Shown here piece after piece: positions 13,644-27,439 of a stretch of 64,000 nucleotides of DNA (position 1 is its first letter; each line of letters opens with the position of its first letter). Origin of the DNA: Vicugna vicugna (taxonomy: Eukaryota); the NCBI GenBank assembly GCA_013265495.1, contig MU058423.1, positions 7,177,449 through 7,241,448 of the forward strand. Direction: 5' to 3'. The notes below the pieces were generated by a model. It had not been told where the DNA came from and did not search any database. It saw nothing but the letters and a program-made list of their open reading frames with translations. The position numbers and the translations under genes were made by a program.

Positions 13644-15491
13644 GTATGTTATCACTTCAACATGTAATGGTTTATGTTGAACCTTGTAAATGAAGCTCAA
13701 ATTATGTATCTCCAGACTCTTACTGTGAAAATCTAAATTACACAAAGCAGGAGTCCTTGCGATCCCCAGTTTGCTCCATCTAAATCTCTTAGACCACTTC
13801 GGGATTTTAGAGAGAAACCTAAAACTTTTGTATCAAAATATGTAGAATTATATTAAATTTACTAAAATAATAAGATCAAATAAAATATGCATTTCACTAA
13901 GTACCTGAGATAGCTTTCATAAAACAGATTATACTAGAAAATCAGGTATAGACAATATAGTATCTCTTTAGTACCTCTGACTCGATTTCATTTCCTTTAT
14001 GCTTGAAACCTAATTTGTTCTTTGTTTTCAAATTCAGTAAGAACTTTTGGAATGTGAAATGTTTTTTTTTTTCCAATTGTTACAGCTGGAGATAAAGTGA
14101 ACTGACTGACCTGAACTTTTATTTGTATCATAGCACAAGTCCGCTTAGATATTTCCTTACAATTACCAGTTTGTGGCTAATAATTTTATAGAGATATTTT
14201 AAGATCAGATGCCAAAACAAAATTTGTACTTAAAGGCTATTTAAAAGTGTGCTTGTGTTTAAAATATTAATTAGAATATATCCAAATTAAAGTTTCTCAT
14301 TATCCAGATAATTTTTCAATAGTTTAATGTTCTTTTAAAAAGCCGTTATTTTCCATTGATGATTATTTATACAGTTATTCCATAAGAACCTCCACATATT
14401 AATTAACAACTTTTAGTGAAGTTTTCCACTGGACATAACTCTCTAGTTTAGTCTTCCAGTTACTTGTTAAACACCCATGTTACATCTTTATCTGTATATG
14501 AGTTAAAAATACATACACAGAACTCTGTGTGTGGTTTTATTTTTGCTGTTTTGTTTTCCTTAGAGTGAATTTCCCGAGTTTTTTTTTCCTGCAGCCTCTC
14601 AAGGATCCTCCTCATCTGTGCTGTTAATCAGTAAGAATTAAGTAAAATCAACAATAAGGCAGAAAGTCAGAGACAACTGCCTTTATACTGACAATCTATA
14701 ATCCGGGTGAATTTCTTGCTTAATTTTTTTTTAAATCTAGGTTTATATGTTTCAGCTGACCCCAGATACTTCAGTTATACCAATAAAATAATTTATGAAT
14801 TTGACCAAAAAAGACAGTTTTTAATAACTTGCTATTAAGACTATTTTCCTGCTCTAAACACAAAATAAGTATTTCCAGATGACAAATATTCCTTTTCATG
14901 TCTCAGGCATTATGCTTGGCACTGGTGATACAAAGATGAATATATATAAATATATCGTCCAGGAACAAACAGGCAGGTCTGTGCTGAAGATTAGAAGACC
15001 AAAAATGCCTTGTAAGACTGTGGCCCCAAGATGAAAAATGCAGGAACCTGTTGAAAAATGTGAACCAAGTAGATATATTCACAAAATCGGTGAAGTCAAA
15101 CGACATAAAAATAGTTAAATGTTACATTGCACTGATATTCCTCAATTTTCATTTTCACTATTTTACCACTCTATTATTTGAAAAGATGCATCAATATAAT
15201 GAAAGATTTCCTGGAAACAAAAGCATTTTTCATAATATTTACTGACTGATTAGGAACTAGAAGTATAAAGTGATTTTTTTTTCCAAGGTAAATATCGCTG
15301 ATAGTAACTCAGGTGGAAATACAATCCTTATTTCATAAAATCCTGTCTCTGGATCTTCTGACCCTCAACGCCCACTTTCTGTCATTAAGTGAAAATAGGT
15401 TTGCTGACTCATCCACATGCTTCTGGGATCGCAGTTCACTTGTGACAGTGGTTTTACTCTTTTATAGCACAAAGGAGGAAATGGGTCTTAA

Positions 15492-15866
<375 letters not shown>

Positions 15867-15914
15867 TGATGCTTAATTCCAACCTGTTAAAGTATAGTAT
15901 GTTAGAAACCGCTA

Positions 15915-15945
15915 ACACACACACACACACACGCACACACACACA
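15915..15945. repeat. (CA)n microsatellite, one interruption
   Basis: Seen directly. Confidence 0.95.
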
Positions 15946-16582
15946 GAGAAACTGAACCATACTATAGACACATTTTTAAAGCCCTGACAGAAGGTAATCT
16001 TGAATCATATGTTATTTTTATGGAATTATTCCTGATACTTGAATTCTATTTCAGCTAGTTATTCTTGAAATGAAAAAAAAAATCAAGAGCCTATTTCATT
16101 TGCCTCCTTAGTCCATGACTCTAAAATGACAAAGGAGCCACCATTATACCATTTATACCATAAATAATTCTTACTCCTGTGTGTGTTTTGCTTTTTGGTT
16201 TTTTTGTTTTAATAAGGGGCTTGCTGACTGGTACCATGTTACGCCAGTTTAGGCAGCTCCTGGCAGTTTGTTATTTTATCCTCTGAACTGTCCCACACGT
16301 GTAGGAATTAGGTAATAGAAAATGACCAAAAGAGCACCTAGCAAGCTCATTGTTTTAGCTGACGACTGAAGGGAAGTCGCAGTTGCAGACAAACAGAGTA
16401 GAGCACGCAGAGATCAAAGAGAACGTATTAAAAGGAGCGAGTGTTTTGGATTTCCCAATAGTAATGTGTTGATAATTATTTACAGAGTTGATACCTAGCA
16501 GCAAAAATGCTTTGACTTTGGCCTTCTTGCATTATAATTTCTATACTATATTCAAATTTTTCTTTAAAAACTTGACTATGTT

Positions 16583-16583
<1 letters not shown>

Positions 16584-16619
<36 letters not shown>
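16584..16619. repeat. (TA)n microsatellite
   Basis: Seen directly. Confidence 0.95.
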
Positions 16620-16934
16620 CTTATTTGTGATTATAATGGTAAGGATAAATTATTTATGTAGGGGTATGCTCCAGTACCAACATCGGTTTTCATATTGAAA
16701 TGTATTTATCAGTTCACTGAGAGCCTCTGCAATTGTGCAGTGTCGGTAGTAATTACAGCTAACTGTTGAATGCAGTTGACATTCAAGGTTTAAAGCTACA
16801 TATAACATCAGTGATAACCAGAAGAGTTCATTACTACACAGAGAACACAATTTTTTTTCCACTTTCCTCTGTCTTACCTTCTTACCTCCATTCAGAGGCT
16901 TAAGAAAAAAATAACATATATGTTAAAAATATGA

Positions 16935-17120
<186 letters not shown>

Positions 17121-17395
17121 GATTAGGACAAAGAATATATGAAATCGACAGAAAATACACCTTGGTGCCACCAATCCATTTTATGCCACATGCAAGTTTT
17201 GAATAAGGATGGTATAGAAAACAACTTGCTACGTATACATTTACCAATTAAGAAATACCGATGCCCGTGAGGGGGCAGAATCACATGACAAAAGCTTTGG
17301 AAATCATAAAATTATAAGACAGTGTGGCTGAGATGGAAACAGGCCTTATTCTTGACTCCCAATTTTCGTCTCTCCTCCTCCTATTTGGATTTCTT

Positions 17396-17452
17396 TGGTG
17401 CTGTAGGAAAAAAAAAAAGAGAAAAATATATATTCATAAAAGATATGGTGCT
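17396..17452 (+). promoter_or_regulatory. Two miR-29 seed-match sites (TGGTGCT at 17396-17402 and 17446-17452)
   Basis: Exact 7mer-m8 matches. miR-29 targeting of collagen 3'UTRs is well established. Confidence 0.75.
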
Positions 17453-17615
17453 CACTCCCATCCATCATGGATGTGCTAAAACAGTGTGTTTGATAAATTG
17501 TAATTATTTTATGTACAGTTCTATACTGTTATCTATGTGTCCATTTCCAAAACTTGCACGTGTCTCTGAATTCCATCTGACTCTAATTTTATGACAATTG
17601 CAGAACTATGATGGC

Positions 17616-17690
17616 AATAAATATATGTATTATGAAAAAATAAAGTTGTAATTTCTGATGACTCATTCCCTTTCTTTGACGAATAATAAA
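17616..17690 (+). terminator. Proximal polyadenylation signal cluster (AATAAA at 17616, 17639, 17685)
   Basis: Three canonical hexamers with GT/T-rich downstream sequence. Confidence 0.6.
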
Positions 17691-18462
17691 ATGCCTTTGT
17701 ATATATTGATGTTGAAGAGTTCAATTATTTGATGTCGCCAACAAATTTCTTAGAGGGCAAAAACCTGGAAGACTTTTGGAAGCACACTCCGATCAGTTCT
17801 TCTCTACTGACCGTAACTTTGCTGAATTTCAGCCAAAAGCATCATGCATTATCTTGATGCTTTATTCAATGCTATACCTCAGCCTTTTTCTTTTCAGAGT
17901 CTAGGATTTCACAGGATACTTGTATATATGGAAAATAAACAAGCTTATATTTTTTGGACAGGAAATGTGTATGAGAGGCTAACTTAACAAATTCATGTCT
18001 CCATCAAGCAATTAATCAGATGTACAATTTTTTTACTACCTTATCTCATCTCATTGTTTTCAGTGTGCTTCAACCATTCAGATTACTATTAAAAGGTGGA
18101 AACTAAGCAATTATTTATGAATTTGTTTAATGTTATATTTTTAATCAGTCAACTTCTTGAATCTGATTCTAAGTTGCGTATTATAAAAGTCTCCAAATAC
18201 TATTTTACCTGCACCTACCCAACAAGTATCATTTCTTTTCTTTCAAGACAATACACATTCTCTGACCTACCTAACTGCTAAATAACATGTGGGTGAACTG
18301 TTACTAACAGTGCTTGTTTTAAAAGTCATACTTACTAAAAACAATCAAAACTTTTTTTTTTCCACTAAGGCCTTTTCTTTCAGGTAGCTTGAAATAGCAG
18401 TAAAATTTAAAAATTAAAAATTGAACTTTGTAACTATTTAAATAATATATGTAAGACTTGAA

Positions 18463-18673
18463 AATAAATGTTTTATTATTTCTTATATGAAGTGTTAAAT
18501 TAATTGGTACCAGATTTCACTGGAACATTTTCAACTGATAATTTATCACAAAAGACCATACCTGTAATATTGAAATTAAAACGTGAACATTTGTCATTCA
18601 GAAGTTCTTTTATTTTTGAAATCAAGTTTGTAAATGTCCTTTCAAGAAGGGAGATATGAATCGTATAAATAAA
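18463..18673 (+). terminator. Distal polyadenylation signals (AATAAA at 18463 and 18668)
   Basis: Canonical hexamers followed by T-rich sequence. Confidence 0.6.
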
Positions 18674-21081
18674 CTCAAGTCTTGTCTACCTGGATTGGTC
18701 ATTCTCTTTCTTAAATAGGTTTTAAATTACTCTCTGTTGTGGAAAAGGCTTTCAATTCTGTTTCTTGACCATCCAGATTAGAATAGTTTTACACTTCTGG
18801 AAAAGAATAGTACTCTTTAGAGATTAGTTGTTTAAATTCTCCACATGTCTAAAATAAAAACACCACACGGTAATACCCTAACAAAATAGAGATTGGTTAT
18901 ATATAAAATTTCCAAAAAAGTTTTCATAATTAAACATTTTACAAAGCCTCAAACATATGTTCATAGTTTCAGCATTAGAAAACTTTTCAGAACTATTTGA
19001 AATAGTCTGTAAATCATACCTAGAGTAATACTGTTTATCAAGAGGAATTCCATACATCAGACAATGAATGAATGCATAGCAATGAGGAACTATTTCGCAT
19101 ATTGACCTGCATTGGGAAGCTGCATTATTTGTCCATTTAAGCAAAATGGCTTCAAATTTGGCACTCAGTAGAATGAATGAATAAATAACTAAAACACCTA
19201 CCCTCTCATATTCCTTTCATGTATGGATATGGTCTTCTGCGTAGTATCGAATTTTTTTCCTCTCTCTTATAATTGATTTAATCTGGACAAAAGGAAGCTC
19301 GATGCAATGGGAGAAGCGTATCATCTGACATTCTATTCCTGGCCCAGCGTGTGTAAGTCATTCACATGTAAACTGGAGAACGATATGGACCTTATGTAGG
19401 CAAGGGTAGGTCCTGGGCCTGATGCACATAAAATTTGGTATAACTCCCTTTAAGAAAAATAATACACAATTACAAATAACAAATACAAAAGATACTATTT
19501 AGAATGAGGAAATATGTTACAACAAATTGTTAATTTTAAAAAATGGACCCATACTTAAAGTACCAGACCATCCGAAGAAATACCAATGTTTTTATTAATT
19601 CTCTGAAGTAACACTTTTCTCCTATGTATTTGGTCTTAGATGGTGCCTATGAAAGAGAATTATGAAGTTTAAGCTTTATTCGTTCCAAGTACTTACTGTG
19701 TGCTGGATAACTACCAAATACATGAGTTAATTAAGGGCCTAGCACACTGAGGCACACCAAGAGCTAAATAAGTCATTTTTCTTGCTCCAGATTTCCTACT
19801 TCTACTGTCATCACCATAGCATTAGTTCCTTTCTAAAATGTAGCTAATAATGTGTGCCACCTACTCTGCAGACCTTTATAAAGATTTCATTTTTAAAAAG
19901 TAAAACATTACAATCTATTGCATCACAGAGGTCTAAATCAGTAAACAGACTCACATAAAATACAGGCTTTACAACGGTTCACAAAGGCTATGAAAAAAGA
20001 GCAACAGTGTATACCAGGTGAATATCCAAGAACCCCAAAGTCATCACACAGAGCTTCTCAGGACCCCTTTACCAGGATGTATATTGCTCTCAAGAAGGAT
20101 GGGTTTCGTACGTTTTAGGGTCTCTCAAATTTTATATTTTGCTATTCTCATGTCTCTGTAGTGGTCATATAACTAGTAATTCTTCACTGCAGCTGCAGCC
20201 CAGATATCCAGAGACTGCAGAATCATTCACAATTTGAAATCTTTCAGACTATATCCTGCTAAAAGCATTGCAAGTTCAGTTATCAGGACACAGTCAACCC
20301 CCGCAGGATCCTCATTTATCTTCTATCTAGTAAGTACATTGCTCAGTGTTTATAAGGAGATTGGTCAGGGGCAAAACAGAAGGAGAGAAGAGTTACAGAT
20401 ACAGTGTTAACTCCTTCCTTCCAAAAATACAAATTGAAATAATTTCAGAAATGTTTCATGTTACAGTAACTAGAACTTATTTTGTAATAACTTTGTAATG
20501 ACATTTCTCCCTGTAATACTGTCTACATGAAGCTGATGTACACAAATACACTGGTTTCTATTTTTAAACTACCTTTACAGGTCTGTAAAGAAATACAGTA
20601 GGCCTTCTTTCCATTATGGAAATAATCGCCTTTTGTCAAAACTGTAGAGCAAATCCTATGCCCCAGCAGCAAATCTTATTTCACTGACAACTTGGGGCAA
20701 AAGTAAGCTAACGCGTCTACCAGCCTACTCCCCATCACATTAGCGTCTCTGGTATAAATCAGTTTGCCTGCTTTTTTTTGGCTCCCTGAGGAAAACGAGT
20801 ATTTCTAAGGCATAAAGAAACCTTGCCCTGAAATGACATGCATCTGTGTGCTCAACCCTGTGAGAAATGGCTAGATGGAATCAAACAGAACAAGTAAGTC
20901 CTCTAAGAAAGGAAGTGATTTGCAGATCCCTCAGCTCAACATGGTGGAAAGTTCTGTGTAACCAGCTACTTAATAACACGGGTTTTGGCATCTTGTCCAT
21001 TTCAGGAGAATAAAATTACTGAGTAAAAATTGCTATCATAGCTACCTATTTATAAGGTAAAATATATTTTAAGAACACTAA

Positions 21082-21234
21082 GAGGGAAGGGTGTAGCTCA
21101 AAGTGTAGAGCATGTGCTTAGCATGTACAAGATCCTGGGTTCAATCCCCAGTACCTCCTCTAAAATAAAAAGTAAATAAATGTAGTTACTGCCTTCCCCC
21201 CACCAAAAAAAAAAAAACCTAAAATTTTTTTAAA
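21082..21234 (+). mobile_element. tRNA-Ala(AGC)-derived SINE (camelid type)
   Basis: gggtgtagctca...gtagagcatgtgcttagcatg...B box GGTTCAATCC (21138-21147), A-rich tail. TSD aagaacac(t/c)aa at 21071-21081 and 21235-21245. Confidence 0.88.
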
Positions 21235-23079
21235 AAGAACACCAAATTATATTTTTATGTAAGTTTCCTTCATTACAGAGAAACAGAATTCACTTCCTAG
21301 TTAATATTATTACCTAGTTATTTCTTCATAGTTGTAGAGATTTTTACATCAATCCTGAGAGAAGAGTGGAAAAAGAGAGACAATGATAATAAGAACATTA
21401 GAGAACCGCTAAAGGTATTAACTAATTAAAAGTGGAAAGTGACATGACAAGGTAAATAAAGCTTTTATTTTAGATATTTGGTGAAATAGTTAAAAGCCTC
21501 ATTAGAAGTTTTTTTGTCTCCTGTGTGGGAGACCTCCCTCACCACTGGGCCCTCCCTGTCCCTCCACCCTCCTGCCCTCTTCCTCAAAGGGAGGCGGGAG
21601 AGGAAAGGGGGCAGCTGCAATGGGGGCAAAATTTTGAAGTAAATGTTTTCTAAAGGTGGAAGCAAGTTGTGCTGAGACACTGAACCATGGACATCAATGC
21701 CAGAAAACTTGATGATCATTTAATTATTAGTTAACCAATGGCCAAGGATATGATTTAGTTCCATGAGGAGGACAGGCTTCCAACAAAAAAATAAAATAAA
21801 ATAAATTCAACTTTACAGAATAATGATGTCAGAAAGTGACTGCGCTACATCCTTATTCACAGATTAAGAGAAGAGATAAAACCATCACTTCTTAAAAAAA
21901 AAACTAGTTTATTATCAAGGTTCTGACTATACAGGTATTTGGAGAACTAAAAGAACAATTGATGCTGGTTTGTGAGTTTGCTTCATGAAGAAGATGGCAG
22001 GTCTGCAAGTATCTGGAGTTGGATGGATGTTATGGAGGAGAGACGGAAGAGCACTTTAAGGAGGAAACCCAGGGGAGAATTCCAGAGGCACACGTGGGTG
22101 TGGCACCTGAAGAGGAGGAGGGGTCTGATTAAGCCCCAGTCATGAGAGGGCGGTGGCCAGGTGTAAGGCCAAGGCCTGTGTTTAGGGTTGGGTTGTAATG
22201 GCTTAAACATCATGCACAAGAGTCAGGATATGATGCAGTAAATGGTTAAAAATGAATGTTGGCTCTTGAGCAAGACAGTCACAATGACAGTCATGTTTAG
22301 AATGACTGTTTTGGCAGTTTTGTCCGAACCCACCTAGTAAGCATTCTATGCTGGATGGATCTATGAGATGAGTCAGATAATGGGGACTAAGTGTCATGAG
22401 ACTGTTTTTGAACTTAAGTGAGTGGTAACACAGATCTGGATTACAGAAATTATACCTGCATGATTTAAGAGGAAGGGACAGGTATAAAATAATTTGAAAG
22501 AAGAAATGACTAAATTTTACATTTAAAATATTTCAGAGACTTTTATTGGCTACATCTACAAATAAGTTACAGTTGCCTAGCCTTCAAGAGCATGTATCAT
22601 AAAATAATAGAAAGGGAACCTTGTCTCTACAAAAATCTGAAGAGCCAACAGGTCTTCGTAAAATGTAGGACACCTAGCCAACTGTATCAACTGGCTTTGC
22701 ATCTCCCATTGTATCTCATATATTACTGTCGGGATCACATGTGAAAATAATTTTTGATTGTTTAAACAATACATGCTTAAAACTTTATGGACAAGCACCT
22801 GTCTCCTATCTAAATAAAAGTTCATGTACATTATCAGCCATACACTTACAGAAAGAAAAATTAACTGCCAAAACTTAGTTATTATAACTTTGTCTGCTGA
22901 CGTTGAAACTTTCATAAGTAAAAATTGGGACACAAGGAATAAGTAAATACATGGGAAGTCTTGGAAATAATTATTTATCATTAATATGAAAAAAATTTAG
23001 CTGCCTATAAAAAGATCAGAGCATTGTAGGCACTCAATATATATTTAAATAAACAAATAAGCAAATGGAGAAACCATAT

Positions 23080-24430
23080 TTAGATACCCTTTATTGTCTG
23101 CCCATCAAACTTTCTATAGGTGGATTGTAAACATTGCTTCTACTTTTTTATCCACCATTCAACCCAGTACAGTTGAATTCATCCCTAGGCTACATTGAAA
23201 CTTTTCAGTATCACAAATAATGGAACATTCATCAAATTCAATGTGCATTTTCTCAGAGATGACAACTCATTGTGTCAAAACCTGCTCCCTTGCCCGTACT
23301 CCTAATCTCAGCTAACGACACTTCTATCCACAAAGCCACCTGGGCCAAAGACATTCAGAGTCATGAACTGCTTACTGTTATTTCAAATCAGTTCTCAGTT
23401 TATGTCAATTCTTCTTCCTAAATATGTTTCACACCTGTTGTTTCCCCGTCTGCATTACCACTGTTTAAGTTTGGGTAGTTAATATTTCATCACAATATTT
23501 TAATGACTTTCTATATAATTTCCTACTTCCAGACACCTTTATTCCCAAATCTAACTGCCTTACTGAAAAAAGAACTAAAGGACTTCTTTATGAGAAACGC
23601 AAATGCAAAAGGATTTCTCCTGTTGCAGGAAAATAGGGTGAGAGAGGAAGGTCCTACCCCAGGTCCCAGGTGAGTCCCTGGGGACGCACCCCACCAAGTG
23701 AGGGCCCTTGGCTTCATGCAGGAAAGAATTCAAGAGCGAGCCACAGTGAAGTGAAAGCGAGTTTATTCAGGGAGACACACATTCCGTAGACAGAGTGCAG
23801 GCTGTCTCAGAAGGCAAGAGCGAGAGCACCCCTGGTAGAGACACATTTCATAGGCAGAATGCAGCCCGTCTCACTCAGAAGGGAGCGCAGTCGCGAGCCG
23901 TGGGGTGGCTAGCCTTTGTGAGCCAGGTAGTTTCATATGCTAACAAGCTATAGGAGTGGTTATTCCAGCTACTTTAGGGGAGGGGCAGGGATTCCCAGGA
24001 ACTGGGCCACTTTTGGGGCTTTTATGGCCAGCCTTGCAACTGTCATGGTGCCTGAGGGAGTGCCATTTACCGCGCTAATATATTACAGTGAGCACGTAAT
24101 GAAACACAAGGTCAACTGGAGTCAAATGCTCTGCTATTTGGGGCCTCGAGGTCTCCTGAGAGGTGAATTTTCCACCATCTTGGTTCTAACCAGTGCGTGT
24201 CCTGTCCTCAGTTGCTGCGTCATGCTTTTAATGGTTGTGCCCTACCCCCTTCTCTCCTGTCTCACTCCCATACATAAAACTGCTCAGTGGTGTCCCATCA
24301 CCTACAACAGTGTCTTTTTTGTTGTTGTTTGTTTCACTGCATACGAAAAGTATGTTCACAACCTCTCCCTCTCTCTTGCTTCCTCTTATTCACAGACACC
24401 TCACACAAAACTGAAATAACCTGGTGCAAA
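23080..24430 (+). mobile_element. L2 relic interrupted by the solo LTR at 23621-24264
   Basis: L2-like text on both sides (aaatgcaaa.../...aaaactgctcagtggtgtcccatcacctac). Confidence 0.55.
23621..24264 (-). mobile_element. Solo ERV1-class LTR, 644 bp, relatively young
   Basis: TG...CA termini. 4-bp TSD CTCC (23617-23620, 24265-24268). Minus-strand AATAAA (TTTATT 23762-23767). CpGs retained. Confidence 0.88.
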
Positions 24431-25614
24431 CTCATATGCACTGTGATGCACCCTGATACGTAATATTCCATTCTCTGGTATTATATTTCATTTTAGAAAA
24501 TATTAGGTGTACCATATCCATTAAACTGAGAAATTATTTACACTTGAAAACACTAGCCAACAAAATATAGGTCAAAAATCGTAAATTATTGAGTAAGACC
24601 CTTTGAGATGCTTTCCTGACTATTTTTCTACACTGAGCCTTGGATAAGATTTCATTAAAGAGCAACGTTCTGCAAGACCTGAGGGCAGGGAGACCAAGAT
24701 GGCCGAGTTCTGTCCACAGAGGTTCGCTCTGTTCCCACAGGTCTAAGTGCACCGCGACTTGGCATTGCAATACGGGTTAAGTCTTATGCATCAAGATTTT
24801 ACCTAAAACTATGCTGTTGCAATACTCTATCCAACATCAGTTTAAACAATGGAAACAATCTAAAGGAATACAGTTAGAAAATTGGTTTTTAAAAGAGGCA
24901 TAGTACATTTGTAGAATGAATGATAAAGTTGGTAAAATCAGTGTTAGATTTAATGACATGGGATGTTGTTTCTAACAAGTTTCTAAATGAAAAAAATCTT
25001 TAAATCTAGAAAACATCAACTTATAAGGTGATTTTTCATATATTTGTGATAAATGTAACTCTGGCTCTTGTGTGTGTGTGTATGTGTGTGTTTTAATAAT
25101 CACATACCATTGGGAACAAGCTTTACAAATTCGCCCATCCGTCATCAGCAAAAGGCATGGCAGTTAGTCATTTTCATATAAAATTTTCATTTGTAGCAAA
25201 GAAGAAGAGACAAATTATAAAATAAACACCACAATGTTAAGAACAGATCTTCAAGCTAATTCTAGTAACTTCATTCAAACAAAGCGTGTGGAGCCAGCTC
25301 AGTGATGGGTTAGTTTTGTGTCCTGGTGTCTGTTGCTAACTGTGTGAGGCTTCTCAGCATGAACACTCCACAGTGACGCAAATCTGTGTGAAAGTTATAA
25401 CATTGTCATCTGAAGCATTAGGGCTCCTAATGACTCCAAATTGTTGTCTTTAAACAACACATCTATTAAACAAAAGAAAAGCTGACATGTTGATGTAGAT
25501 CTTTGGAGAATCACAAGAATGAAAGAACCAAAGATAGGCAAAGAAGACACCACTTCTACTTTGTCTGTTCCTCTTCACTCACTAAGTTTTAGCTAAATTT
25601 AACCTTTCTTGTTT

Positions 25615-26352
25615 CTATTTTTATTTTTTATTTCAGTTTTATTGAACTATAATAGACATGCAACACTGTATAAGTTTAAGGTGTACAGCATAATGATTTG
25701 ACTCACATACATCATGAAATGATGATCCCATAAGTTTACTGGGCATCCATCATCTCATATAGATACAAAATTAAAGAAACAGAAAAAATTTTCCTTGTGA
25801 TAAGACCCCTTAAGATTCATCATCTTAACAACTTTCATATATACTATACCGCAGTGTTAATTATATATATCAGGTTGTACAGTACATCCTTAGTACTTAT
25901 TTATCTTATAACTGGAAGTTTATGCCTTTTGACCACCTTCATCCAGTTTCCTCTCTCCCCACCCTCCACCTCGGGTAACCACAAATCTGATCTTTTTTCT
26001 GTGAGTCTCTTTGTTAGTTAGTTTGTTTGTTAAATACAATTATCCTACAACACTATGTTAGTTCCTGATGCACAATATAGTGAGTGATTCAGCACTTCTT
26101 TACAGTTCAGAAGGATCACCACAGTAAGTCTAGTTACCATCTGTCAGCTTTTGAAGATATTACAGCATTATTGAATATATTCCTCCTGCTGTACATTTCA
26201 TCTCCATGACTCGTTTATTTGTAACTGGAAGCCTGTACCTCTTAATTTCCCTCCCCTATTTCACTCAGCATCATTTCCCTCATCAGAGGGAATCAGTCTT
26301 TCCCTCATCAGAAGGAAGATCTTTCTGGCAACCACCTGTTTGTTCTCTGTTT
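25615..26352 (-). mobile_element. L1 3' end (L1MA-like)
   Basis: T-rich tail, then ttttattgaactataatagacatgcaacactgtataagtttaaggtgtacagc...ggtaaccacaaatctgatct. Confidence 0.85.
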
Positions 26353-27439
26353 TAATGGGTGATTTGTCTGAGAGGAGCTCTTTATGAGCAAGACATCATT
26401 TTCTAAGAAAATTTGATGAAAGAAAGTCACATTATACACATAAACATAGACCTAAGTAAAATAAAATTACCTAACTACTTGATGAGAGAGATGTTTTAAA
26501 ATAACCAAAGACTGCCATTCTTCGATCCTTGACAAATGTATATTCATGAACATTAAACTATTCAAATATTCAAAATTTCATCTTCACTTCTTGTTATCCT
26601 TGACAATTGAAGAAAAAAAGTAATCCATGTTTTCATTGCTATTATATAGGTGGATGTGCTCCTAATACTTGTTTGAGAAGTTCCTTCTCTCTTAGGATGG
26701 CACATTCTTTAAAGAAGTTGTAGGAAGGACTTAGTTTGGGTTAGACGACAAGTATAAGGAAGCACTGGGAAGCTGGCAGAAAGCAAAGGAGCTGGGCAGT
26801 AATATGTTTAATCTAGTTTTATCCTTGACATACTCGGGGACTGGAGCACGTGGAAGTCTTATTAAATGATCTCTTAACTGTTGCCATAACAAAAAGCCAG
26901 CTGCTATGCCTGACAGTGGGGTATCTTTGGTGTTTATGCTATAAAACAATCATCCCAAGCAAAGACTTTTTGTTTTTGTGAAATATTTTACTATGGCCAC
27001 ATACTCTATAGAATGTGGTTAAACTTCCCATTCTTGGAACTCCAAAATGACTAGTTATATTTTGACAAACTAATGAAGAAATGGCTTAAGGAAAGTTCTC
27101 ATTTGAGCCATAAAAAAATCATTTGAGAAAGGTCTCTAAAGGAAATGGCAAAAGTTTATAATACTAGGCAAAAGGAAAAATAAAATTCCTAAATTCCTCC
27201 TCTACCATTTTGTTTTTAATCCACAAGATTTTCCATTTTTCTCAAAACGCTCTTCATGGCTCCCTTACTATAGAACTCAATTACTAGCATCCTAGTTGGA
27301 GCCCTTCTTGGATCGGTTTCCTAACTATCACTCCTGATTGTAGTCATCCACCTCTACTTACCACCTACATACACAAACACTCCAACCCATACAACCATTG
27401 CTGCCTGGTTCCTCTTTCTTTAATTAATCAAATGTCATC

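Larger units (their letters stand above)
17121..18695 (+). other. COL11A1: COL11A1 3'UTR (3' end approximate)
   Basis: AT-rich, repeat-free sequence after the stop codon with multiple AATAAA. The distal end is inferred from AATAAA at 18668 and recalled similarity to the human mRNA end. Confidence 0.75.

Noticed and set aside
21082..21160. Functional tRNA-Ala gene
   Set aside because: Degenerate D-arm and acceptor stem, A-rich tail, TSDs and a second diverged copy show it is a SINE.
23937..24419. 160-aa ORF as a novel gene
   Set aside because: Lies across an LTR/L2 junction, antisense to the LTR, with no recognisable domain.
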